From a virus (Duplodnaviria; Caudoviricetes): a DNA stretch of 64,000 bases. The notes under the pieces were generated by a model, which was not told the origin of the DNA, ran no database searches, and worked only from the letters and a program-made list of their open reading frames with translations. Within the stretch, counting starts at the first letter, position 1. Each line of letters begins with the position of its first letter. Of the stretch, positions 1-9,017 are shown piece after piece. The stretch lies in the IMG/VR virus record IMGVR_UViG_3300018472_000401, positions 26,563 through 90,562 of that record. The stretch is one strand, 5' to 3'. A program made the position numbers and the translations under genes.

Positions 1-1
1 C

Positions 2-637
2 CAAGTACGGGTTTTTCTCCTCGCCCTTGCCACCAGCTGCACCTGCTTTCGGTCTTGTTACGACACCGCCCTTTGCTTGGTACTCATTCGTGATGGCTTC
101 GACATCAGGAGTGATTTCCCCAATCCAGTTGTTGAAATCTTCATCATCCTTGAATGTCATACGTGCAAAGTCCTTTTCGTAACGCTGACGGATTTTTTCG
201 GGAGCGTCTTTCAGGATTGCGTCAAGCGATGATTTACGGCTTGTGGCAATCTTTTCGCCTTTCATGGCAGCGACCTCGCAAAGAAGTTGCTCGTTGGACT
301 TAACCAACGCTTTAGCCCAAGCAGGCATTTCCTCCTCACCGGGCTTCGTTTCCTCGTTAGGCTTTGGCTGCTCCGTAGGTTTCGGCTCTTCGACCTTTTT
401 TCCGTCTTTCAGACCATGTTTTTTCTCGTAGTTGGTGACTGCGGTCTGCTGCGCTTCCGTAGCACGGCTGTCCCCGTAACTTTCGAGAACTTGCTGGAAT
501 GTTACCCCCTCGACAGCGGTTGCAACATCTTCCTGCTTTGTTACAGTCTTGGCGAGTTTGTCGGCAATCCTGTTCAAAATTGCTTCACTGACCCCCTCAA
601 ATTTGGCTTTCAGTGCCTCTAAAATTTCCTTTTTCAT
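2..637 (-). CDS. Capsid scaffolding protein (truncated by the window edge)
   Basis: Hand-translated open frame from ATG at 637 (MKKEILEALKAKFEGVSEAILNRIADKLAK...) to the edge; helical and charged; follows portal/MuF and has its own promoter; absent from the ORF track. Confidence 0.7.
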   Translation of the reverse strand, partial: MKKEILEALKAKFEGVSEAILNRIADKLAKTVTKQEDVATAVEGVTFQQVLESYGDSRATEAQQTAVTNYEKKHGLKDGKKVEEPKPTEQPKPNEETKPGEEEMPAWAKALVKSNEQLLCEVAAMKGEKIATSRKSSLDAILKDAPEKIRQRYEKDFARMTFKDDEDFNNWIGEITPDVEAITNEYQAKGGVVTRPKAGAAGGKGEEKNPYL

Positions 638-660
638 GCTTATAAACTAATTAGTTTATG

Positions 661-668
661 CAAAGGTA
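661..668 (-). promoter_or_regulatory. -7 promoter box (TACCTTTG) for the capsid operon
   Basis: Matches Bacteroidetes TAnnTTTG, 24 nt upstream of the scaffold ATG. Confidence 0.65.
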
Positions 669-686
669 ACACAAAATTTGCGAAAC

Positions 687-701
687 GCTTATATTACAAG
701 C
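687..701. promoter_or_regulatory. Palindromic operator-like site GCTTA-N5-CAAGC
   Basis: CGCTT ATATTAC AAGCG inverted repeat; related copies at 836-850 and 12931-12945. Confidence 0.45.
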
Positions 702-797
702 GGAAAATTTGTTTATTTCGGGGATTTTTATAATAGCCAAGAAACTTGGAAGTTATACAAAATCAATAAAAAAGTTTATAAAAAAGTTCCGAAAAAG

Positions 798-829
798 TTT
801 GGTTATTTCAAAATAAAGCACGAACTTCG
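798..829 (+). promoter_or_regulatory. Promoter of the counter-oriented small-gene cassette
   Basis: TTTG (798-801), 20 nt spacer, degenerate -7 box GAACTTCG (822-829). Confidence 0.5.
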
Positions 830-835
830 CGGTGT

Positions 836-850
836 GCTTACAAAATAAGC
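836..850. promoter_or_regulatory. Perfect palindrome GCTTA-CAAAA-TAAGC at the predicted transcription start
   Basis: GTGCTTA CAAAA TAAGCAC just after the -7 box. Confidence 0.45.
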
Positions 851-878
851 ACCTCCACAACAACAAAAAATTGAAGAA

Positions 879-1121
879 ATGAAAAAGAGTAGCGTTTTGA
901 AGTACACTAAGAGTTTCATAAATAGAAACTACCGTTTGAAAGTTTATGGTATGGATGCCAACGGCAACCGCATCAACAAGTTGGTCGGTGTTGCAGGGCT
1001 TATCGCCCTTATCGGAATTGAGTTCGTGAACAAATTTATCGAAAGGGCAGAAAAGGCTATGGCTGACAAGTGCGTGTGCAAACTTCGCAGAGGATTACAG
1101 GTATCACTTTACAGCAAATAA
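879..1121 (+). CDS. Hypothetical phage protein (80 aa)
   Basis: First ORF of a tightly packed + strand cassette, A-rich leader. Confidence 0.75.
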   Translation: MKKSSVLKYTKSFINRNYRLKVYGMDANGNRINKLVGVAGLIALIGIEFVNKFIERAEKAMADKCVCKLRRGLQVSLYSK

Positions 1122-1125
1122 TCTT

Positions 1126-1335
1126 ATGGCAATCAATTACAGAAAATTAAAGGCTCAAATTAAGCCTTTTAAGCCGGAAGCAAAGCACTCCGGCTACATC
1201 TTCCTCGCAACTGACGAGCAAAAACGTAACGGCATTGATACCATTGCAAAGCCGGGTAGCAAACGTAGTTTCGTCAAGGTTATGACGTGGTTTGTAAACA
1301 ACTATAAAGAATATCGGGAGGAGTTCAGCCTATGA
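1126..1335 (+). CDS. Hypothetical phage protein (69 aa)
   Basis: Operonic spacing; ATGA overlap with the next gene. Confidence 0.7.
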   Translation: MAINYRKLKAQIKPFKPEAKHSGYIFLATDEQKRNGIDTIAKPGSKRSFVKVMTWFVNNYKEYREEFSL

Positions 1336-1634
1336 AAACCTACACCGTATATTTCAGCGAACCCGTCTGCCATAAGTATATCGGGGACAGGTTCAACAAG
1401 GAATTGAAGAGGTGGGAGTATGATGTTGAGTGCGAAGAGTGGAACGACACGTTCACTTTCCACTCGCTTACCCCAGCAAAGAAACTTATCAAAGCCAATC
1501 TTGATAAGTATAAAGGCTCTTGCATCACAAAGACTTGGGCTAACGGAGATTGGGAAAACCTTGGGGAAATAAACCTCAACGGCTCTAACAAAACATTCAT
1601 TGCAAACACCAAGCAAAAGAAAGCAAATTATTGA
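1332..1634 (+). CDS. Hypothetical phage protein (100 aa)
   Basis: ATGA-coupled to the upstream gene. Confidence 0.75.
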   Translation: MKTYTVYFSEPVCHKYIGDRFNKELKRWEYDVECEEWNDTFTFHSLTPAKKLIKANLDKYKGSCITKTWANGDWENLGEINLNGSNKTFIANTKQKKANY

Positions 1635-1680
1635 TAGGTCACGCCCGGTCTAACCAGCCGGGCATAACTCCGCAACAACA

Positions 1681-2076
1681 ATGACGGAAAATCAAGCAAT
1701 GCTCGTGGTAGCCGAACAGACAGCAAAGAAACTGGGCTACATCGAAGTAAGCAAGAACTCCCATAACGCCCTCCGGGACAGATTTTGGGGCAACAGGGCG
1801 GTGGCTGCAATGGCTGGCAAGCCCGTAGTGATAACAACCTGCAAGTACATCCTCCCGATGTTCGAGGAGGACAAGGACGATAGCAAGCGCAGACCCAAAA
1901 TTGAGATTGATATGTTTTGGGGCAGACCCCGGCTGGGGATTGACCTGCCCGATGGAACATTCTGCTGCCTCACTTACCGGGACGGCATCTGTAGTGAGGC
2001 GCAAGCATTCGGGGACAAGGGGATTGCCTTTGCAGCCTCAATCAAAGAGAAAATCGACTATTACATCAACCAATAA
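1681..2076 (+). CDS. Hypothetical phage protein (131 aa)
   Basis: Preceded by the CTCCGCAACAACA motif. Confidence 0.75.
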   Translation: MTENQAMLVVAEQTAKKLGYIEVSKNSHNALRDRFWGNRAVAAMAGKPVVITTCKYILPMFEEDKDDSKRRPKIEIDMFWGRPRLGIDLPDGTFCCLTYRDGICSEAQAFGDKGIAFAASIKEKIDYYINQ

Positions 2077-2089
2077 ACTCCACAACAAC

Positions 2090-2824
2090 ATGGAAAATAA
2101 AGACATCAAAACAATTCAGACAACAAAGGGCGAACTGCGTTACTACCGTGATTGGGATAGATACGAGGGAGGCATCTGCATGATGAACCCCGTAACGATT
2201 AAACGCTACCGGGAAATACAGGATATGCAGCCCGATGCCGACAAGTGCGGTGTGTTCTTCGCTTTCAGCAACAGCCAGTTTCACGAGGGGTACGACCACC
2301 TCGTAGAATTGGGGCATATCAAAAAGGGCGACAAGGTCGTTCAGACGGGCATAGGCGGTATGTTTGGAACGAAAGAGGGCATCGACAAGTTCCTTGACTT
2401 CTATAAGGACAGGAACAAGGAGGTTGCTGCCGAGTGCGACCCCCAAGAGGTTTATTTCTACGAGTACAACAACCACGAGAGCATGATTGCTTGGGACGGG
2501 GACTTGGAGGCTATCAAACTCATCATCGACCTGTTTGGCGTTGATGAAGCCCGTAAAATCAAGCGTTACAACGCCTCCGAGAGCATCGAGAACTTGGTGC
2601 GCAAACCTATCAAGGTGAGCGGTCTGTACTTCCTGAATGACGGGGTAAAGGAAACGCCAAGCAGCGTTTGGTTCAACGACCAATCAGGATTGTGCTACAC
2701 GATGTATGCCTCTACGTTGTACCCCGTATGCGATGCAGACGGCAAGCAATACGTTATGCCGGAACTGGCTGGCGTTTCCGCTTACTATGACGGCAAGGAA
2801 CTCTACAAATTCTATAACGAATAG
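2090..2824 (+). CDS. Hypothetical phage protein with FFAFSNxQF and YEYxNHE motifs
   Basis: Likely start is ATG 2090 (MENKDIK) after CTCCACAACAAC, not 1901. Confidence 0.75.
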   Translation: MENKDIKTIQTTKGELRYYRDWDRYEGGICMMNPVTIKRYREIQDMQPDADKCGVFFAFSNSQFHEGYDHLVELGHIKKGDKVVQTGIGGMFGTKEGIDKFLDFYKDRNKEVAAECDPQEVYFYEYNNHESMIAWDGDLEAIKLIIDLFGVDEARKIKRYNASESIENLVRKPIKVSGLYFLNDGVKETPSSVWFNDQSGLCYTMYASTLYPVCDADGKQYVMPELAGVSAYYDGKELYKFYNE

Positions 2825-2833
2825 GAGGGCATC

Positions 2834-3139
2834 ATGGTAACAGACGAAAGAATAGAACTTGAAAAGAATGCGCCTTTTGAAGAGATTGGCAAAGACTGGT
2901 ACGTTCACCTCCTCGAATGTGTACCGCCCGAAAGGTGGTGCAACCCGTACCGGGAGGGCGGTTGGTTCTTCACGGGCGAACCCCACAGCCACGACTGGGA
3001 CACTGGGGAAGCATATCACTACCTCTGCTTTGAGTATGCAGGTAAGTATTATGCAGGATGCAGGAGCATCGGAATGAGAAACGGTGATATTGAGCGTGAA
3101 ATATCTAAATTCTGCTGCGAGTTAGATTTGGGGGCTTGA
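2834..3139 (+). CDS. Hypothetical protein with LECVPP...GEP..H motif
   Basis: 9 nt gap after the previous gene; followed by hairpin GGGGCT-TGATTT-AGCCCC. Confidence 0.7.
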   Translation: MVTDERIELEKNAPFEEIGKDWYVHLLECVPPERWCNPYREGGWFFTGEPHSHDWDTGEAYHYLCFEYAGKYYAGCRSIGMRNGDIEREISKFCCELDLGA

Positions 3140-3234
3140 TTTAGCCCCTCTCGCACAATATCTACCTTTGAGGCAATAAGTTTATCAACCGCAGGGCAAT
3201 CGTTGCTTTCGCACAAAATTCAAAGAAAATAACT

Positions 3235-3474
3235 ATGAGCAATTCAGAATTAAAGAAACAAGCAGAGGAATGGGTAAAGAGTGGCAAACCTTGTATCTAC
3301 CGCTACGGCTGGGCATACAAAGGAGCAGGAGCAAGAGAGATAACAACCGAAAAGGCACAGGCATTGCTTCCTCAATACTCTTTCGGTGTGGGCTTCTACG
3401 AACTTTCATTCACCAAGCACAACGGACAGGAGGTGCTTCAATTTAACGAACTTTCCGAAAACGATTTGTACTAA
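3235..3474 (+). CDS. Hypothetical phage protein (79 aa)
   Basis: A-rich leader, cassette context. Confidence 0.7.
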   Translation: MSNSELKKQAEEWVKSGKPCIYRYGWAYKGAGAREITTEKAQALLPQYSFGVGFYELSFTKHNGQEVLQFNELSENDLY

Positions 3475-3475
3475 T

Positions 3476-3709
3476 ATGGCAGAGAATGAAACTATCATCA
3501 AAGTGAATTTTCACGCCCCGGTAAACGGGAGCAGTGAGCATTACTTCGGGTCGCTTGCCGCAATATACGATGTATTCACCCCCGAACAGATAGGGTGTCA
3601 GTTGGGTACTCTTTGGGACTTCGGGATTTCCGTAGGCAAACCGAAATTGACCAAGTTCTGCGTGATTTCCAAGCATCGGGTGCATCGTAAACCGCAGAAA
3701 AATAAGTAA
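3476..3709 (+). CDS. Hypothetical phage protein (77 aa)
   Basis: ATG 1 nt after the upstream stop (MAENETII). Confidence 0.65.
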   Translation: MAENETIIKVNFHAPVNGSSEHYFGSLAAIYDVFTPEQIGCQLGTLWDFGISVGKPKLTKFCVISKHRVHRKPQKNK

Positions 3710-3714
3710 CTTTG
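3707..3714 (+). promoter_or_regulatory. -7 box TAACTTTG giving a near-leaderless transcript
   Basis: Consensus box ends 4 nt before ATG 3719. Confidence 0.55.
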
Positions 3715-3718
3715 CATC

Positions 3719-3940
3719 ATGGAAACTGTATTTGACTACAACATCACCCCCGAAGAGTGCCAGTATATCGGCTTGCCCGACAAAGGTTTTTACTTGGAAA
3801 ACTGCACCAAGGACGATGCCAATATGGATTTGGCTTACCTCTTCCATTTACGGAACGAGAGGGAGAAAGCCAGCAGTTACGCTGACAAACTCCCTCTCGA
3901 AATGAGAAACGAATTTTGGCGGACGGTCACGCACCCGTGA
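3719..3940 (+). CDS. Small acidic protein, candidate immunity partner of the MuF C-terminal domain
   Basis: Own promoter; 3' end overlaps the MuF stop by 14 nt; function inferred. Confidence 0.6.
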   Translation: METVFDYNITPEECQYIGLPDKGFYLENCTKDDANMDLAYLFHLRNEREKASSYADKLPLEMRNEFWRTVTHP

Positions 3941-5840
3941 GTATCTTGCCAAACATATCATCAGAATGCCGGAGTGCTTTAATTAGCATTTCGGCTTTTT
4001 GTTTCTTTACCCCTTTTCCCACAAGGAACTTCACGATGCCCTCTGATACGTTCTCGTATGGCTCAACCATTATCAGTTTACTGAAATGTGCGTAAGCCTC
4101 CGAACTGGATATGTTCATAGATGCAAGCATTTCATCAAAATGCCGTACAGACCTGCTATAGCCGTAACCGCTTTTGATGATTTCCTTTTTGTGAGATACG
4201 CTGCCGCCAATAGCCCGGAGGAACTTCCCATAGGAGCGGCGTGCGCAGAACTGGTTTATACACTCCATTGCTGCTGTCAATTCAGGGGTACTCTTGCTCA
4301 CATCTTTCCAGCCGACAGCCCCTGCGTGGCGTATCTCGTGCCACAGGCTTTCAATGGCATATTCCTGATTAAATGTCAGAGGCGTTTTCCCGGCAATAGC
4401 CCTCATCGCTCCCTTGACCTCGTGGAGAGGGTTAAAAACAACCGATTTCCCTTGTGGGTCAATAACATGGTGGTCAGTATTGTATATCTTGATAGTGTTC
4501 CCATTCTCTTTGGCATAAGTACCTGTTTTCCTGCTATAAAAACGCTCGCAACACATCATTGCCCCGTCTTTGGCTTTTGACATCTTCACGGCTTTCAGCC
4601 CTCCGTAAAAGTCGCCCGGCTCTGCATCTGCATATTTCTCAATCATGGTGCGAACCTCTTTTTCAGTGATGAATGTCGGGTCTTTAATCTTGATTATCGC
4701 CTCCCTGACATCGGTAATAAGCCCCTTGTTTCCTCCTTTCGCCATAGAGCCGATGCCGTCCACCCAATCTTTCGGGATATATTTGCCGTTGTCCCTGATG
4801 AAGTACGGGACGGAGGTAGTAGTTTTTACACGCTCCCGGTTGCGTTCAAGCCACGCATTGAAATTCTCCGGCACATCCTTTACCGCCCCCGAAAACTTGT
4901 AATTGCTTACATCTTCTCCGGCAAGTATCTTCTGCTGGTAGTCCAAGAACTCCTCTTCCTTTGCCCGGATAGCGACTGCGGCACACTTGCAAAACGGATG
5001 CCAGCCCAGCCAAACAAAGTCTTTCGGATAATCGCCTTGCAGTTCATCGCAAATGTCATATATCGGGTGGCTGTTGTGGGATATGGAGATACGGATGCCG
5101 ACAACAAAGGGTATCTGCTTCCACCGCTCGCTGTCTGCCATACGGTACGCCATGTTGTTTTCCGTAGCGGTAAGCCGGAGGGCGTTCTTGTAACTGGAGC
5201 GGTACACGCCCTGTCCAGGGTGGTAGGCTTTCGCTGCCTTTGACAGACGGAGGACACCGTGCTTGTCCTTGACCCTGCGGAACAACTTGTTTGGCTCATT
5301 GAGATACTTGCGGACATCCCTTGAAAGGTCTGCGGCACTCTTACCCTCGCCAAGCCCCAAGTCAAGAGCAAGTTCCAGTTCCTCCTTGAACTGCTCCGTG
5401 ATGTTCCACACCCGGTTGGATAGCATCATCCCGGCTTCCTTGCGGAGTTGAAAGGCTGATAAAGCCTCCAAATTTGGCTGTTTCCATTGTGAAATTACGT
5501 CTTTCGGTAGCCCGGTTGAGGAAGTTATTGCATCAACCATAGCATTGTTTTTCTCGCAAGATAAAAGCCATTCCTCACGGTCGCCCGTTTCTATCACTCC
5601 TTGCAGCCCACGCCCAACGGAGCGCATGAGGTCGTTTATACGCTCCTGCACTGCCGGGTAGTCCGAAAGGTAAAAGGGCTTGTCGGGGTCTTTGAAGCCG
5701 GAAGCCTCGCCAATCCGTGCGCCCTCCGTTATGGCAGCATCGAACAAGGCATCAATCGCTTTCAGGCGTTTCTTGATGCTGGCGATGTGCTTCTTGTCGA
5801 ACACCCCGTAACTGAATTTGGTTGCATCTTTCTTTGCCAT
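3927..5840 (-). CDS. MuF / SPP1 gp7-like head morphogenesis protein with C-terminal HExxH metallopeptidase-like extension
   Basis: RLTATE...CDELQG.YPKDF.WLGWHPFCKC MuF signature; extension with WHEIRH and downstream E; next to portal. Confidence 0.8.
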   Translation of the reverse strand: MAKKDATKFSYGVFDKKHIASIKKRLKAIDALFDAAITEGARIGEASGFKDPDKPFYLSDYPAVQERINDLMRSVGRGLQGVIETGDREEWLLSCEKNNAMVDAITSSTGLPKDVISQWKQPNLEALSAFQLRKEAGMMLSNRVWNITEQFKEELELALDLGLGEGKSAADLSRDVRKYLNEPNKLFRRVKDKHGVLRLSKAAKAYHPGQGVYRSSYKNALRLTATENNMAYRMADSERWKQIPFVVGIRISISHNSHPIYDICDELQGDYPKDFVWLGWHPFCKCAAVAIRAKEEEFLDYQQKILAGEDVSNYKFSGAVKDVPENFNAWLERNRERVKTTTSVPYFIRDNGKYIPKDWVDGIGSMAKGGNKGLITDVREAIIKIKDPTFITEKEVRTMIEKYADAEPGDFYGGLKAVKMSKAKDGAMMCCERFYSRKTGTYAKENGNTIKIYNTDHHVIDPQGKSVVFNPLHEVKGAMRAIAGKTPLTFNQEYAIESLWHEIRHAGAVGWKDVSKSTPELTAAMECINQFCARRSYGKFLRAIGGSVSHKKEIIKSGYGYSRSVRHFDEMLASMNISSSEAYAHFSKLIMVEPYENVSEGIVKFLVGKGVKKQKAEMLIKALRHSDDMFGKILTGA

Positions 5841-5842
5841 GA

Positions 5843-6010
5843 TTACAGCCTCCTTTTGAATTGTCCGCATCCGTCACGGGTGAGGAAACGGCTGCGCTCC
5901 TTATGCAGTTTGCACCGACACAGGAACGGCTTGCCGTTTGCCCCAATCTCGTGCGGCTCGTAGGAATAGATACATTCCTTGCAGTGAATATCAAGTTTCT
6001 TCTTTGCCAT
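5843..6010 (-). CDS. Small Cys-rich (zinc-binding) protein
   Basis: CKEC...CRC...C pattern, packed between portal and MuF. Confidence 0.6.
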   Translation of the reverse strand: MAKKKLDIHCKECIYSYEPHEIGANGKPFLCRCKLHKERSRFLTRDGCGQFKRRL

Positions 6011-6014
6011 GTCC

Positions 6015-7394
6015 TTATACGGTTGGTTCATCGAACAGGCTCACGGAACTTTCCTGCGCTATCAGTTCCATTTCCTTGTCAATGTCATCTACATAGCCGA
6101 GGTTCTGAACTGCGGTGCGCTGGCTCATAATAGGCTTGCCGCCCGTGGCGTTGGAAAGGTTGCTGATACGCTCTGCCTCGTCCCGTATCTGATACGGGGT
6201 AATAACGACCTCAACCTGTAGGCTGTCAATGGCAGCGGAAAGTGAGGGGTACATCTTCTTCATGAACGCCCGGATAACATTGATTTCACGGTCGAACAAC
6301 TCCAGCCAAATGCCGCTCTCGTCAGTAACTTTCAACTGGGCATCAATGAACATCATTTTACGGGCTTCTCCTGACATCGGGGTTGCTTTCATGTTCTCCA
6401 TAGACATATCCGGGAGTTGAAGCTGCATGAAGAAGTCCTTTTTGATTTCTCCGACATGGAATTTGATGCTATCAATAGCCTGTTGCCACGTCTTGTACTC
6501 TGCCTTGTCGTTCTGCCCGTATTGCAGTACGTTACGCCCTGCGTTGTCATTGGTTGGCTCTTGCCCAAATTTCACCTTGCCGTCCGAGAACACCACCCAG
6601 TTAGGTCTTGCGTTCTTGCGGATGTAGTTGCCGTTGCGTGAAAGCGTCCATTCGGCTTCATAGACATTGCCTGACTGGTCTTCCCAAATAGGCTCGTCAC
6701 GGTGGATATATACACCCGTAATCTTGCCCACCTCGATTTTCTCCCGAAGTTCCTCTACGGTTTCCCCTACGCCCGTGCGCCAACGTATATGCTCGTCAGC
6801 GGTGTACGTGTCGAAGTAGGTAATTGTGTTTACCCCCTCTTTCCTCGTGTACTCAATGGAAAGGGCAATCATATCATCGTACTCGTCAAACAACGGGTAC
6901 AACTTATCGCCTTTCATCGGTGAGTAGTTCTTGCAGCGCAACTTCAAAAGGCTCTTCTGTCCGGCATACACGGTTTCCTGTTCCTGCGAGTACCACAGCG
7001 TGATTGTTTCGCAGGAGGCAAACAGGCTCTTTCCACGGTCAATGTTCAGGCTGTCGATGCGGTTCTTTTGGAAGATAGCCTCCATAATCTCCGCAACCTG
7101 CTTTTCTTGGTCGTTTTCCGGCTTATAGATGCGCTGCACGGGAATGGCGAACATTAGTTCCGTCATGCGCTTTACTGCCAGTTTCTGCAAGCCCAGCGTG
7201 TAACGTGTGACCTTTTCAATGCCCCTCTTGGTAACTTTGTCCTTGTAGGTCTTATCGGTCATTACCGGGTGTTCTTTCGGCTCGTACTCCTTACGGAGCA
7301 ATGCCCACGGCTTCACCGATACCGTCTTGTACTTCAAATCTGAAATGATGCTCTGTGCATTTCTTTCAGGCGATGTAATCTCCTTGATATTCAT
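6015..7394 (-). CDS. Portal protein, SPP1 gp6-like
   Basis: 459 aa, follows terminase; SGEARKMMF and IMSQRTA motifs typical of this family. Confidence 0.85.
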   Translation of the reverse strand: MNIKEITSPERNAQSIISDLKYKTVSVKPWALLRKEYEPKEHPVMTDKTYKDKVTKRGIEKVTRYTLGLQKLAVKRMTELMFAIPVQRIYKPENDQEKQVAEIMEAIFQKNRIDSLNIDRGKSLFASCETITLWYSQEQETVYAGQKSLLKLRCKNYSPMKGDKLYPLFDEYDDMIALSIEYTRKEGVNTITYFDTYTADEHIRWRTGVGETVEELREKIEVGKITGVYIHRDEPIWEDQSGNVYEAEWTLSRNGNYIRKNARPNWVVFSDGKVKFGQEPTNDNAGRNVLQYGQNDKAEYKTWQQAIDSIKFHVGEIKKDFFMQLQLPDMSMENMKATPMSGEARKMMFIDAQLKVTDESGIWLELFDREINVIRAFMKKMYPSLSAAIDSLQVEVVITPYQIRDEAERISNLSNATGGKPIMSQRTAVQNLGYVDDIDKEMELIAQESSVSLFDEPTV

Positions 7395-7406
7395 ATATTT
7401 ACGTTT

Positions 7407-9017
7407 TTAATAGAGTATATCGTCAATATCTTCATCCCCGTAATTCGGGAGTGCGTTTACACCAGTCATTTCAACCGCTTTCGGGTGGAACGTGTTAGCC
7501 AGTGCATCAAACTCGTCTATGGAGTGTCCCAGCCGCTCCTTGATGTCTTCTTTCGGCTCGATGATTATCTTGCCATTGGAAAGGAACGACCACTTGATTT
7601 CCGTTGCCTCCTCCATGAAGCTGCCGCCCGGTGGGAGCATCGCCCCGGTGTTGTTGTCGGGGTTGAGCCAATCCCGGACTGCCCAAAACAGGTACGCCCT
7701 CATGTTGGCAAAGGTGTACTGCCCGGTGATGTCCGTTAGGTCTTTTCCGCTGCTGGTCTTTGCGCCCTCGCTATACTTACAACTGATGATTGTTTCCTCG
7801 TCCAGTTTTCCGTTGCTCTCTTGGCATATCTCGACCGCACGTGAGTAAACCCCTGCACCCTCTCCAATCGTATCAATAGACACGCTGTAACCGCTGTGTA
7901 TGGTGATTTCATTCTTGATGCGCCCGGCTACTTTCATGTGGTCTGCCTTGCCGCCTGAATTGTGCTTGTCGAAACTCTCAACGTAGTTGTCGAAACGCTT
8001 ACAATACACGGTGCAGTCCCGACCCATACCTGCCACATCGACACCGAGAATAGCGTTATTGTGGCTCGTCAGTTTGTAGTGCTTCCAGCGTTCCTGCGCA
8101 ATCTCTACCCACTTCTGCGGTATCAAGATGTCCTCGTCCACTTTCGGGAACTCACCGAGAACTTTCTTGCGGAAGAGGTCGGAGGGGCGATACCACTTGC
8201 CCTCAAAGCAAAAGTCGTTCTCACTCTCTTTCACTTCCTCCTCCGTTATCGGCTCGCACCAGTTCTCCACCTTGTCAACGACCCAGTCGTAGTCCACCTG
8301 TCCGGGGATGCTGATTTTCTTCTCAACGACATTGGGGGCTGTCAGGCTGTTCAGGCAGAAACGCTCCCAGCGTGGGGACTTTTGGGAACGGGCGGCATAG
8401 CCTACGGTGGTGTTCGGGTTGAATACAAGCAGAAGCCTCGAATTGCCCTGCAAGTTACCCTCAATAGCCGTGTAGGTATCATCGAGAATACCCGTAGCCT
8501 CCGTAACGACAAACATCGTGTTCACGGCATGGAAGCCCGACCACGCCTCGTGATTGTTCTCGTCAGCCTTAAAGCCCGTCAAGAACCATTCCTCATTGTC
8601 TGTGCGGATGTCGTAGGCGTTGAGCCTACCGGGGAGCGTGAAACCACGCCTCTTTGCACGGTTGAATAGTCTTGAAATTTCAGGCATCATGATGTTTTTT
8701 ACTTGTCGGTCGGTCGGAGCGGTGAGAGCAACTTTCGTGTTCTCGACAAGTTCCATTTTGCCGTTGGGATTCTTTTTCCACTTCGGGGTGAGATACAGGA
8801 AGCACACAGCGATACAAGCAGCGACAAAATCCTTGCCCCGTGCCGTACCGCTGCGGACTGATACCAACTTCTTGTGCTGGACGGCTGTAACGATGGCTTG
8901 CTGTTCCTCATCCAACGTGACCCCAAGAGCCTCGCTGATAAACTTGTTCCAGTCGTTACGCCATTCAGCGAATAGTTTGGCAGCGTTCTTGCGTATCTGT
9001 ACCTCATTCCTCGCCAT
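7407..9017 (-). CDS. terL: Terminase large subunit
   Basis: Walker A-like RSGTARGKD, VVTEA Walker B, GVDVAGMGRD and DEFDA nuclease motifs. Confidence 0.9.
   Translation of the reverse strand: MARNEVQIRKNAAKLFAEWRNDWNKFISEALGVTLDEEQQAIVTAVQHKKLVSVRSGTARGKDFVAACIAVCFLYLTPKWKKNPNGKMELVENTKVALTAPTDRQVKNIMMPEISRLFNRAKRRGFTLPGRLNAYDIRTDNEEWFLTGFKADENNHEAWSGFHAVNTMFVVTEATGILDDTYTAIEGNLQGNSRLLLVFNPNTTVGYAARSQKSPRWERFCLNSLTAPNVVEKKISIPGQVDYDWVVDKVENWCEPITEEEVKESENDFCFEGKWYRPSDLFRKKVLGEFPKVDEDILIPQKWVEIAQERWKHYKLTSHNNAILGVDVAGMGRDCTVYCKRFDNYVESFDKHNSGGKADHMKVAGRIKNEITIHSGYSVSIDTIGEGAGVYSRAVEICQESNGKLDEETIISCKYSEGAKTSSGKDLTDITGQYTFANMRAYLFWAVRDWLNPDNNTGAMLPPGGSFMEEATEIKWSFLSNGKIIIEPKEDIKERLGHSIDEFDALANTFHPKAVEMTGVNALPNYGDEDIDDILY

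Noticed and set aside
1901-2089. N-terminal 63 aa of the 307-aa track ORF
   Set aside because: Overlaps the 1681-2076 gene; ATG 2090 has the shared leader motif
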